Below, piece by piece: positions 31,718 through 40,520 of a DNA stretch of 64,000 nt; position 1 is the first letter of the stretch; every line of letters starts with the position of its first letter. The DNA is taken from positions 2,688,001 to 2,752,000 of the forward strand of contig OZ242008.1 of assembly GCA_965204735.1 (NCBI GenBank). Reading direction: 5' to 3'. The notes below the pieces were generated by a model, which was given only the letters and a program-made list of their open reading frames with translations, made no database searches and had not been told where the DNA came from. A program made the position numbers and the translations under genes. The DNA is from Longimicrobiales bacterium. GTDB taxonomy: Bacteria > Gemmatimonadota > Gemmatimonadetes > Longimicrobiales > Gaopeijiaceae.

Positions 31718-33826
31718 GTGAGCAGACCACCTTCTCTCGCTCTTCCGGCTCTCGGACCCCTCCTGGCCGGACCGCTCCTGGCTGCCGGACTCGGGCTCCA
31801 TGCGCAGGAACCTCCGGCTCGGGACACGGTCTCCCTGGCGCCCCTGGTCGTCTCGGTTCTGCGATCCCCCGTTCGGCTCGACCGAATGCCCTTCTCCGTT
31901 TCGGTGCTGTCGGGCCCCGATCTCTCGGAAGGGGCCGCCGGCCTCTTCCTCGACGAGGCGCTCCACGGACTGCCCGGCGTGCGGGTGCAGAACCGCTACA
32001 ACCCGGCCGTCGGCGAACGGATCTCCATCCGGGGCTTCGGCGCCAGAGCCCAGTTCGGGGTCCGGGGGATCAAGGTGCTGGTGGACGGCATTCCCGCCAC
32101 GCTTCCGGACGGCCAGACCACGCTGGACCATCTGGACGTGGGCTCGCTGGGCCGGGTGGAGGCCCTGCGGGGGCCGGCCGCCGCGCTCTACGGCAACGGC
32201 GCAGGCGGCGTCCTCCTCCTCGCCAGCGCCGAACCCTTCGCCGGCGCCTCCCGGCCGGAAGCGGCCGCGGTCTTGGGCTCCGACGGACTCTTGCGGCTGC
32301 AAGCCACGACCTCGGGCAGCGCGGGCAAGCTGAAGTACCGCGTCAGCGGGGCGCGCAGCCGCTTCGACGGCTTCCGGGACAACGTCTCGGAGTCGGGGGA
32401 AGATCCGTACAGCGGCGCGACCCGCACCACCCTGAACGCAGGCTTCGACCGGGAGGCGGGCGGCGGCGCCCTTTCCGTGCGGCTGATCGGGCTGGACCTG
32501 AACGCCCTCAACCCCGGCTCCCTCCCCGCGAGCCTCTTCGACGAAGGGAGCAACCAGGCGTGGGGGTTCAACGTGGCCCGCCGGACCCGAAAGGACGTGC
32601 GGCAAGGACAGGTCGGGGTTGCTTGGCGGGGACCCGTGGGCGGTCTGCAGGGGGACTTTTCCGCATACGGGGTGCGCCGAACCCTGGACAACCCGATCCC
32701 CACGCGGGTGCTGGACTTGACGCGCAACGGCGGCGGAGTGCGCGTGAGCGTCGCGAAGGAGTGGGGCCGGGAGTCCGGCGCGGCCCGCCTCGACTTCGGC
32801 GCCGAGGGCGAGCTTCAGAGCGACGACCGGCGGAACTTCGCCAACGAGGGCGGCGAGCGAGGCGCCGTCGTGCTCGACCAGCAGGAGCGGGTGCGCGCCC
32901 TGGCGCTCTTCGGCCAGCTCCGCCTTCCCGCGACCCGGCGAGTGGACGTGCTCGCCGCGCTGCGCCTCGACCGCTTCCGCTTCCGCGCCGACGACCGCTT
33001 CGTCGGACCCGACAACCCCGACGACTCGGGCGAACGCGCCATGGGCGCGGTCAGCCCGTCGGTCGGCGTTCGCCTGGACCTGGGAGACCACGGCGTCTTC
33101 GCGTCGGTGGTGCGCTCCTTCGAGACGCCCACCACCACCGAGCTGGCCAACCAGCCGGACCGGGCCGGCGGCCTCAACCCGGCGCTGGAGCCGCAGCGGG
33201 GCTGGACGGCCGAAGGCGGGATTCGCGGCAAGCTGGGGGGCCGTGCCGCCTACGACCTGACCGGCTTCGCGTCGCTCGTCTCCAATCAGCTGGTGCCCTT
33301 CGAGGTGCCGGCCGCGCCGGGCCGAACGTTCTACCGCAACGCCGGCAAGTCCCGGGTGCGGGGCTTCGAGGCGTCACTCCGAGCCGCCCTCTCCCGCTCG
33401 GTGACCGCCCGCTTCGCCTACGGCTACACCGACGCCCGGTTCGACGACTTCGAGGTGGACGGGGAGCGCTTCGACGGCAACCGCGTTCCCGGCGTGGCCC
33501 CCCACTTGGTCGAAGGCGCGGTTCGGGCCGGCGGCGGCCCGTGGTTCGGAGAGCTCCGGCTGGAGGTGCGGGGCGAAGTTCCCGTCGACGACGCCAACGA
33601 CGCCCACGCCGACGGCTACGCCCTGCTGGACCTCCGGGTCGGCGCGTCCGGGCTGCGGGCCGGCGGCCTCCTGCTCTCGCCCTTCGCCGGCATCACCAAC
33701 GCCACGAATGCGCGCTACGCCTCTTCGGTGGTGGTCAACGCCTTCGGCGGCCGCTACTTCGAGCCGGGACCCGATCGGGGCGGCTACGTGGGGCTCTCGC
33801 TGGCGTGGGCGCGGGAAGGCCCCTAG
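31718..33826 (+). CDS. TonB-dependent receptor (YncD/PqqU-like plug)
   Basis: QNRYN...ISIRGFGARAQFGVRGIKVLVDGIPATLPDGQ, EALRGPAAALYGN, SFETPTTTEL, YFEPGP.R. Confidence 0.9.
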   Translation: MSRPPSLALPALGPLLAGPLLAAGLGLHAQEPPARDTVSLAPLVVSVLRSPVRLDRMPFSVSVLSGPDLSEGAAGLFLDEALHGLPGVRVQNRYNPAVGERISIRGFGARAQFGVRGIKVLVDGIPATLPDGQTTLDHLDVGSLGRVEALRGPAAALYGNGAGGVLLLASAEPFAGASRPEAAAVLGSDGLLRLQATTSGSAGKLKYRVSGARSRFDGFRDNVSESGEDPYSGATRTTLNAGFDREAGGGALSVRLIGLDLNALNPGSLPASLFDEGSNQAWGFNVARRTRKDVRQGQVGVAWRGPVGGLQGDFSAYGVRRTLDNPIPTRVLDLTRNGGGVRVSVAKEWGRESGAARLDFGAEGELQSDDRRNFANEGGERGAVVLDQQERVRALALFGQLRLPATRRVDVLAALRLDRFRFRADDRFVGPDNPDDSGERAMGAVSPSVGVRLDLGDHGVFASVVRSFETPTTTELANQPDRAGGLNPALEPQRGWTAEGGIRGKLGGRAAYDLTGFASLVSNQLVPFEVPAAPGRTFYRNAGKSRVRGFEASLRAALSRSVTARFAYGYTDARFDDFEVDGERFDGNRVPGVAPHLVEGAVRAGGGPWFGELRLEVRGEVPVDDANDAHADGYALLDLRVGASGLRAGGLLLSPFAGITNATNARYASSVVVNAFGGRYFEPGPDRGGYVGLSLAWAREGP

Positions 33827-33860
33827 GACGTCGTCTCCCGGGCGCGGAGGGCAGGTCCGG

Positions 33861-34817
33861 CTAGCCGCCGGGGCCGCCGGGGCATCCGCTGGCGTCCTCC
33901 ACCAGCCACAAGCTGTTGCCGACCGGGCGCTCGCCCCTCTGGTCGGAGGGGCTGTTGGCCAGCCGGGTGCGCAGGGACATGGCCGAGGAGCCGCCACCGT
34001 CCAGGTTGAGGGCCTCGTCCGCGCCGAGGGCCACCAACAGCTCCGTCAGCTCGGGCAGGGTCATGCCGTCCGAGCGGGGAGGCTGGCGCCCGTCCACGAC
34101 CACCAGCCAGAGGAGTTCCTTCTCGCTGTCGTAGCCCACGGCGGTTCGAGGATGGGGTTCGGCGGCGAACGCCGGGCGCGCGCCGACGGCCAAGTCGCCC
34201 ACGGGCAGGCCGCCGTCGAGCAGCTCGGGGTAGCCCCCCACGACCTGCACCTGCCCGCCCGCGTACTCGGAGCCGCCCACCGTGTCGGCGCCGAAGACCA
34301 TGACGCGGCCGTTCCTCTGCGCGGAACCGATCCAGGGGGTCCGCCGCGACGTCCATACGAAGGCCGGTCGGCTGGAAGCCCGCAGGGTGCCCGGGGTGAC
34401 TTCGGGACCCAGGGGCATCCCCCCTTCCATGAAGAAGTCGCCGTTCACCCCGGCCACCGGGACGACCGACCCCGTGGGGCGCATCTCGGTGACGGTCCTG
34501 CGCGGCCGGTCGGGGCCGTTCTCCTCGGCCGCCGGGACGACGCGGAGCTGCAGGTCGCACCGGGTCAGGTCGGCGGAGACCAAGTGGACGGCCCAGGGAC
34601 CGCGGGGCGACCAGCGGTAGTGGTAGTGGACGCCTTCGCCGAGGCTCTCTCCGCGGCTGGTGTCGGGATCCAGAAAGGCCTGGGCCTCCCGGGACAGCTC
34701 CGGAATCGCCGCGTCCGCCGGCTGCGGCTCGTCCCGGCAGCCCGCAAGGCACGCGAGGGACCCGGCCAAGGCCACCGCCAGCGGAATCGCCGCGCGCCGG
34801 TGCGTCCGCCGGCCCAT
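33861..34817 (-). CDS. Phosphodiester glycosidase (NAGPA/DUF2233) lipoprotein
   Basis: LAGC lipobox, VNGDFF, HPRTAVG, VVDGRQ, NLDGGGSS. Confidence 0.9.
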   Translation of the reverse strand: MGRRTHRRAAIPLAVALAGSLACLAGCRDEPQPADAAIPELSREAQAFLDPDTSRGESLGEGVHYHYRWSPRGPWAVHLVSADLTRCDLQLRVVPAAEENGPDRPRRTVTEMRPTGSVVPVAGVNGDFFMEGGMPLGPEVTPGTLRASSRPAFVWTSRRTPWIGSAQRNGRVMVFGADTVGGSEYAGGQVQVVGGYPELLDGGLPVGDLAVGARPAFAAEPHPRTAVGYDSEKELLWLVVVDGRQPPRSDGMTLPELTELLVALGADEALNLDGGGSSAMSLRTRLANSPSDQRGERPVGNSLWLVEDASGCPGGPGG

Positions 34818-34819
34818 CG

Positions 34820-35065
34820 TCAGCGCTCCTCCGCCCTGTCCCACGACTCGGAAGCCCAGAAGTGTTCCTCCTCCGCGCGGATCTCGTCCATGTCCAGCGG
34901 CTCGTCGTCCTCCAGGAAGAGCAGCCCGCCCTCCTCGATCTGCCGCACGTCGTCGTCGGAGAGGCCGGCCGCGGCCGACCGGGTCCGGCGAAGAATCCGC
35001 CGTCGCGCCATCGCTCCCGCGACGAGAACCAGCGCCGACAGCGCCGCGAAGATCCAGCCCGTCAC
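34820..35065 (-). CDS. Small membrane-anchored hypothetical protein
   Basis: N-terminal TM segment and acidic tail (LSDDDVRQIEE...EEEHFW). Sits in an operon position. Confidence 0.65.
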   Translation of the reverse strand: MTGWIFAALSALVLVAGAMARRRILRRTRSAAAGLSDDDVRQIEEGGLLFLEDDEPLDMDEIRAEEEHFWASESWDRAEER

Positions 35066-35123
35066 GGAGACGGCCCCTCGGCCCAGCACCGACGGCGGCC
35101 CGTGCGCCGGCGCGACCGCCGCG

Positions 35124-36350
35124 TCACGCGACCGGCTCCATGCCGACGTACTTCAACCCGCTCCCCGTGTTGAAGAGCACGACTTCGTCCTCGGCTCCGA
35201 TCAAGCCCATCGAGCGCAACCTGGGGACGGCGGCGGCGGTCGCTCCGCCCTCCGGCGCGGCGAAGACTCCGGTGGCGGCCCCCATCGCCGCCACCCACCG
35301 CGCCATCTCCGCGTCCCGCACGGCGACCGCCCCGCCCCCCGACTCGCGCAGCGCCCGCAGGACCAGAAAGTCCCCCACCGCCCCCGGCACGCGCAACCCG
35401 GAGGCGTAGGTGACGGCGTTCTCCCACGTGCCGGCGTCCTCCCGGCCTTCTTTCCACGCGCGCACGATCGGCGCGCAGCCCGCGGCCTGCACCGTGAACA
35501 TCCTGGGCCGTTGGGAACCGATCCAGCCCAGCCGCTCCATCTCGTCGAACGCCTTCCACATCCCCACCATCCCCGTGCCCCCGCCGGTCGGGTACACGAC
35601 GGCGTCCGGCAACCGTCCCCCCAGCTGCTCGAAGAGCTCGTAGCCCATCGTCTTCTTGCCCTCGACCCGGTACGGTTCCTTCAAGGTGGAGAGGTCCCAC
35701 CAGCCGTGCTCGTCGCACCCCCGGCGCACCGCCTTGCCGCAGTCGCCGATCAGGCCGTCCAGCAGGCGCAGCTCCGCTCCCAGCGCCCGGATCTCGGCAA
35801 GGATGGGGGCGGGCGTGTCGGTGGGGACCACGACGTGGACCGGAAGGCCCGCCGCGGCCCCGTAGGCGGCGGCCGACCCGGCCGCGTTGCCCGCCGAGGG
35901 GATCGCAAGCGCCGCCGCGCCCAGCTCCAGCGCCCGGGAAACCGCCATGCACAGCCCCCGGTCCTTGAAGGAGCCGGTCGGGTTCTGGCCCTCGTCCTTG
36001 ATCCACAGGCGGCCCACGTCCAGGGATCGGGCCATGGCGGGAGACTCGAGCAGGGGCGTGAAGCCTTCGCCCAGGCTGACGCGGCACGCCGGGTCCCTCA
36101 CCGGAAGCGCCTCCGCGTACCGCCACAACGTCGGCGACCGCCCTGCCAGCGCGTCGGGCGCAAAGCGAGCCCGGAGGGCGTCCAGGTCGTAGCGGGCGAA
36201 GAACGGCTTGCCGGCGGGCGAAAGGCCGGCCAAGCGCTCCGACTCGTACGTCTTGCCGGTGGCCGTGCATTCGAGATGGGAAGCGCCGGGGAGCGGTCTC
36301 GGCGCTGCTGCCCGCCTTCCCGTGCCTTCTCGGCGCTTCGTTTCGTCCAC
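35124..36350 (-). CDS. thrC: Threonine synthase (PLP-dependent)
   Basis: LWRY, SLGEGFTPL, NPTGSFKDRG, SAGNA, PYRVEGKKT, PTGGG, NTGSGLKY. Confidence 0.9.
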   Translation of the reverse strand: MDETKRREGTGRRAAAPRPLPGASHLECTATGKTYESERLAGLSPAGKPFFARYDLDALRARFAPDALAGRSPTLWRYAEALPVRDPACRVSLGEGFTPLLESPAMARSLDVGRLWIKDEGQNPTGSFKDRGLCMAVSRALELGAAALAIPSAGNAAGSAAAYGAAAGLPVHVVVPTDTPAPILAEIRALGAELRLLDGLIGDCGKAVRRGCDEHGWWDLSTLKEPYRVEGKKTMGYELFEQLGGRLPDAVVYPTGGGTGMVGMWKAFDEMERLGWIGSQRPRMFTVQAAGCAPIVRAWKEGREDAGTWENAVTYASGLRVPGAVGDFLVLRALRESGGGAVAVRDAEMARWVAAMGAATGVFAAPEGGATAAAVPRLRSMGLIGAEDEVVLFNTGSGLKYVGMEPVA

Positions 36351-36394
36351 CGAGCCTTCCCCCTTCCGTTGGGGACGAGTTCCGCGGCCTTGGC

Positions 36395-36534
36395 GGCCCG
36401 CTCGCCGACTCCAAGGCCCGCTCGCCAACTCCAAGGCCCGCTCGCCAACTCCAAGGCCCGCTCGCCAACTCCAAGGCCCGCTCGCCAACTCCAAGGCCCG
36501 CTCGCCGACTCCAAGGCCCGCTCGCCGACTCCAA
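36395..36534. repeat. VNTR, 7 copies of the 20-bp unit ggcccgctcgccRactccaa
   Basis: Counted directly. No spacers. Ends in the palindrome ctccaa-c-ttggag. Confidence 0.97.
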
Positions 36535-36630
36535 CTTGGAGATGGAGTTCCCTCTTGGGAAGTCGGGGCCGGCCGGCCCGGCTGGAGGGCCCTGTTCGAG
36601 GGGGAGTCTGGCAACCCATGATGGAGTCGG

Positions 36631-36656
36631 GCAACCCTGATCGGCGTCGGTGCGTC
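36631..36656 (+). promoter_or_regulatory. Putative autoregulatory ECF promoter GCAAC-N17-CGTC
   Basis: Matches the general ECF AAC/CGT promoter pattern and lies upstream of the ECF gene. Confidence 0.45.
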
Positions 36657-36706
36657 CGACTGAACGGAATCGAAGACCGTCGCGGCGCGCCCGCCGCCTC
36701 CCGCTG

Positions 36707-37336
36707 GTGTGGAGCGGCGTCTGCTGGAGCTCGCGGCAACCGCCGGAGTGGAGCAGCAAACTGGAACGACCCATCGAAGCCGAGTCGACGAGCGAGCTGA
36801 TTCGCCGCTCCTGCGAGGGGGACGAACGGGCCGCCCGGGGTCTCTACCACCGGTATGCCCCTCGCGTCTACGCCGTGGTCCGGCGGATCGCGGGCAACGA
36901 CGACCTGGCCAAGGACTACGCCCAAGAGGCTTGGATCAGGGCGTTTCGGGCGCTGCCCGGCTTCCGCGGAGATGCGCGCTTCTCCACTTGGCTGCACCGG
37001 ATCGCCGTCAACGCAGCCCTTCAGCTGGAGCGCAAGCAGAAGGCCGCCCGCGAGCGGGAGGCGCCGTTGCCCGAGGTGATACCGGTGGCCCCCCAGGTCC
37101 GCGACGTCCTTCTGCAGCGGAGGCTGGAGGAGGCGCTGGACCAGCTGCCGCCGAGGATGCGGCAGGTGCTGGTGCTTCACGACGTGGAGGGCCGCACCCA
37201 TCAAGAGATCGGAGAGGACCTGGGGATCGCCGCCGGAACGTCCAAGTCGCAGTTGTTCAAGGCCCGCGCAAAGATGCGGCGAATGCTGGCCGCCTACGAA
37301 CAAGAAGCCAAGGAGATCGCAGCATGGAACGGTTGA
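36707..37336 (+). CDS. ECF RNA polymerase sigma factor
   Basis: DYAQEAW, FRGDARFSTWLHRIAVN, HDVEG..HQEI...GTSKSQLFKAR. Start uncertain. Confidence 0.92.
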   Translation: MWSGVCWSSRQPPEWSSKLERPIEAESTSELIRRSCEGDERAARGLYHRYAPRVYAVVRRIAGNDDLAKDYAQEAWIRAFRALPGFRGDARFSTWLHRIAVNAALQLERKQKAAREREAPLPEVIPVAPQVRDVLLQRRLEEALDQLPPRMRQVLVLHDVEGRTHQEIGEDLGIAAGTSKSQLFKARAKMRRMLAAYEQEAKEIAAWNG

Positions 37337-37363
37337 CGCTCGAATGGAACGGTTGACGCTCGA
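37324..37363 (+). repeat. Perfect 20-bp tandem duplication of the anti-sigma start region
   Basis: atggaacggttgacgctcga x2. Confidence 0.95.
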
Positions 37364-38051
37364 AGAGTTGGCTCGGCTGGTCGACGAGCAGCCGACTCTG
37401 GAAGAACGGAAGGCACTGGACCGGGACCCGGAGGCCCGCCGGCAGCTAGAGGCGCTGCAGGCCCTGACCGCCGCCCTCAAGGACCTGCCCGCCGTGCTGC
37501 CGCCCCCTGCCGGCTGGGATCAGCTTCGGGCCCGATTGGTGGCCGCTGGGCTGATCCGCCGCCGCCCGCGCCGGTTCGCGGTGTCGCGGAAGTGGATGCA
37601 AGCGGCGGCGGCACTCGTGCTCTTCGCGGGGGGAACGGGGTTCGGCGCGGCGTGGGGACCGAGCCTGGGCGGCCGGCTCGGCGACTCGCCGGTCGGGCAA
37701 GGGGGCGCATCGCCCGGGACGGCGGTCGCGGGCGCTCTTCCGGCGACCTCGGCGGCGACGGCGGCGCCCTCCTTCGCCACCGTCGAGGAGGCGAGAACCG
37801 CCGTGGAGTCCGCCGAGGAGCAGTGGGCGGAAGCGTTCGACGCCTACCAGCGCCTCCTCCGCTCCCAGGGGCTGCTGCCGGCCGCGCCGGACCCCGCTTC
37901 CCGAGCGCACTTCATGGAGCTGATCCGCACCGCCAGCCAGACAGCGCTGCAGGAGTCTCCCGGGGATCCGTTCCTCAACACCGTCTACGTCTCGGCGACG
38001 CGGGAGCAGGAGAACCTTCTCCGAATGGCCAGCCAGGACTTCTGGCACTGA
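37344..38051 (+). CDS. Putative single-TM anti-sigma factor
   Basis: Follows the ECF gene. N-terminal helical domain, WMQAAAALVLFAGG TM segment. Confidence 0.7.
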   Translation: MERLTLEELARLVDEQPTLEERKALDRDPEARRQLEALQALTAALKDLPAVLPPPAGWDQLRARLVAAGLIRRRPRRFAVSRKWMQAAAALVLFAGGTGFGAAWGPSLGGRLGDSPVGQGGASPGTAVAGALPATSAATAAPSFATVEEARTAVESAEEQWAEAFDAYQRLLRSQGLLPAAPDPASRAHFMELIRTASQTALQESPGDPFLNTVYVSATREQENLLRMASQDFWH

Positions 38052-38056
38052 TCCCG

Positions 38057-39202
38057 ATGGCGCCTTCCCCGTGCTTCCGCTCCCGCGCGTGGAGCAGGTC
38101 GGCGAGGCTCTGCTCGTCGACGGCGAGTCCTTGCTTCCGCTCCCGCGCGTGGAGCAAGTCGCTTCTCTTCCTAGCTTGCGCCGCCGTCGCCGCTCTTTCC
38201 GACGAGGCGCGCGGGCAGGCCGCGGGACGGGGGCCGGCCGCGTCGGGCGCGCAAGCGGCAGAGGACGGAGGGCGGACGGGATGGCTGGGCGTCCGCGTCG
38301 ACGTCCGCGTGGCGATCCCCGGGCGGCATCGAGACTCGATCGTCGTGGTGATCGCCGACGTCTACCCGGGCGGGCCGGCCGACGTGGGAGGCGTCGCGCG
38401 CGGCGACCGGGTGCTGGCCGCGGACGGCGTCGCCTTCGTCGGCTGGGAGACGTGGGGCCGCTTCACGGCGGGACTCGTGCCCGGACGCGCGCTTCGGCTC
38501 GTCCTCCTTCGCGACGACGCACTTCACGAGGCGACGGTGGTCGCGGGCGAGGCCCCCCCGGCAGGCACGAGGCTCGCGCCGAGTCGCATGGCCCGCGCCG
38601 AGCTTGCCGGTCGCGACTACGCGGGAACGCAGGCCCGCATGCTGCGCACCATGGACTCGCTTCTCCGGGTCGCCGCATCGGGCATGGGCGAGATCGAACG
38701 GTCGTGGTCCCGGACCCGCTCCTTCGATCTCCTGATCGGTGGGCTCGGACCCGCCGGGCGCGGGGATTCCCTGGCGCCGGCGGCGGTCCGTCGCGTCCAG
38801 GAGCGGGGCCGGAGGTCTTCCGTCGAAGCGCTCCCCGGCGAGGGAGGCGGAGGCCCCTCGCTGCGCCCCTTCCGAAGCGAGGGCGCGCGGCAGGCGCGCA
38901 TGATGACTCCGGCCCTCCTGGACAACCCCTTCGTCTTCGGCGGGGCGCTGGCCAGAGACCTGACCGAGGAGCTGGGGCGCTACTTCGACAGCGTCGCCGG
39001 GGTCTTGATCACCGACGTGCTTCCCCGCACGCCCGCCGCCGCCGCCGGCTTCCATCCGGGGGACGTGATCGTCTCCGTGGACGGCCGAGGAACGCCGGCG
39101 CTCGCCGCGCTGCGGACCGCCCTGGCCGAGAAGGGGCCTCCCTACGAGATCCACCTAGTGCGCCAAGGAGCCCGCGCGCTGGTCCGCTACCCCCGTCCAT
39201 AA
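38057..39202 (+). CDS. Secreted protein with two PDZ domains
   Basis: GWLGV..VYPGGPAD.GG..GDRV and GVLITDVLPRTPAAAAGFHPGDVIVSVDG. Confidence 0.8.
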   Translation: MAPSPCFRSRAWSRSARLCSSTASPCFRSRAWSKSLLFLACAAVAALSDEARGQAAGRGPAASGAQAAEDGGRTGWLGVRVDVRVAIPGRHRDSIVVVIADVYPGGPADVGGVARGDRVLAADGVAFVGWETWGRFTAGLVPGRALRLVLLRDDALHEATVVAGEAPPAGTRLAPSRMARAELAGRDYAGTQARMLRTMDSLLRVAASGMGEIERSWSRTRSFDLLIGGLGPAGRGDSLAPAAVRRVQERGRRSSVEALPGEGGGGPSLRPFRSEGARQARMMTPALLDNPFVFGGALARDLTEELGRYFDSVAGVLITDVLPRTPAAAAGFHPGDVIVSVDGRGTPALAALRTALAEKGPPYEIHLVRQGARALVRYPRP

Positions 39203-39287
39203 GAGGCGCGGGCGCGGGACAACCCAGCAGGGTGACGTGCTCGTATGCGCCGTCGGGCCATAAGGGGCTCGGGCGCGGGAAAGGCCG

Positions 39288-40502
39288 CTACTCGTACCGA
39301 AGCGCGTCGATCGGGTCGAGAAGCGAGGCGCGACGGGCCGGCCATATTCCAAAGAAGAGGCCGATCGCCGCGGCGACTCCCAGCGCGACGGCGACCGCCT
39401 CCGGGGCCACGGCCGTGTCCCATCCGGCGATCCGGGTGAAGCCCTCCGCCCCGCCGAAGCCCGCCAGCACCCCCAGCAAGCCCCCCAGGACGCAAAGCAC
39501 GAGCGCCTCCACCAGGAACTGGAAGAGGATCGTCTTCCGCGTAGCCCCCAGCGCCTTTCGGACGCCGATCTCGCGGGTTCGCTCCGTGACGCTCACCAGC
39601 ATGATGTTCATGATCCCGATCCCGCCCACGATCAGGCTGATCGCCGCGATTCCCGCCAGGAGCAGGCTGAAGGTCTGCTGCGCCTCGCCGAAGGTCTCCA
39701 GAATGTCGGAGGACTTCTGGATGCTGAAGTCGGCCTCTTCGGCGGGGAGGATGCGGTGCTCGCGCCTGATCACCCGGTCGATGTCCGCCCACGCCGGGTC
39801 CAGAAGCTCCGGGGAAGCCGCCGCCACGTAGATCGAGCGCAGCCGGTCCCGGCCGCCCATCATCCTGTACATCGCCGTGGAGAGGGGCACGAACACCTGG
39901 TCGTCGGGCCGCATCCACATGGCGCCGCCCTTCTCCTTGAGCACGCCCACGACCTCGAAGGGGATGCCTCGAATCTGGATCGTCCGGCCGACCAGGAGCT
40001 GCCCAGGCGTGCCCAGGTCGTCGGGCACGTTCGACCCCAGGACGGCGACCCTGCGACGGCCCTGCACCTCGCCTTCGTCGAAGAGGCGCCCGTGCGCGAT
40101 CTCGTGGCTGTGGACGTCGAAGTAGGACGGCCACGTCCCGACCACCTCGTTGGACGAGTTCCAGCGCAGGTAGGAGACCTGGAAGCGGGACTCGATCTCG
40201 GGAGCGATCTGGTACTTGTCGCCCACTTGGTCGCGGAGGGCTTGGGCGTCGTCCTCTTCGAGCCGTCGGTTGCCGCTGGCGACCCCGCGGAAGAAGCCCT
40301 GGCCGGGACGCACCGTGAGGATGTTGGTGCCCATCGTCTCGATCTGCTGCTGGACCCGCCGCTGAGCGCCTTCTCCGAGCGCGACCATGGTGATCACCGC
40401 CGCCGATCCGATGACGATGCCCAACGTCGTCAGGGCCGAGCGAAGGGCGTTGGCGCGGATCGAGGCCATCGCCACCAGCACGGTCTCCTTGATGATGAAC
40501 AT
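39288..40502 (-). CDS. MacB/FtsX-family ABC permease
   Basis: RSALTTLGIVIG, VGGIGIMNIMLVSVTERTREIG, DPIDALRYE. Confidence 0.95.
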   Translation of the reverse strand: MFIIKETVLVAMASIRANALRSALTTLGIVIGSAAVITMVALGEGAQRRVQQQIETMGTNILTVRPGQGFFRGVASGNRRLEEDDAQALRDQVGDKYQIAPEIESRFQVSYLRWNSSNEVVGTWPSYFDVHSHEIAHGRLFDEGEVQGRRRVAVLGSNVPDDLGTPGQLLVGRTIQIRGIPFEVVGVLKEKGGAMWMRPDDQVFVPLSTAMYRMMGGRDRLRSIYVAAASPELLDPAWADIDRVIRREHRILPAEEADFSIQKSSDILETFGEAQQTFSLLLAGIAAISLIVGGIGIMNIMLVSVTERTREIGVRKALGATRKTILFQFLVEALVLCVLGGLLGVLAGFGGAEGFTRIAGWDTAVAPEAVAVALGVAAAIGLFFGIWPARRASLLDPIDALRYE

Positions 40503-40520
40503 GGCCGCCTCGTTTCCCGG

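Noticed and set aside
25830..33826. Apparent giant fusions in the ORF track (1342-aa PepP, 1414-aa TonB receptor; likewise 1191-aa PriA)
   Set aside because: The N-terminal extensions are off-frame readings of neighbouring genes, unlike DrmA-DrmB where both halves carry family motifs.
36395..36534. Possible CRISPR array
   Set aside because: The units are contiguous with no unique spacers, and there are no cas genes in the window. It is a VNTR.
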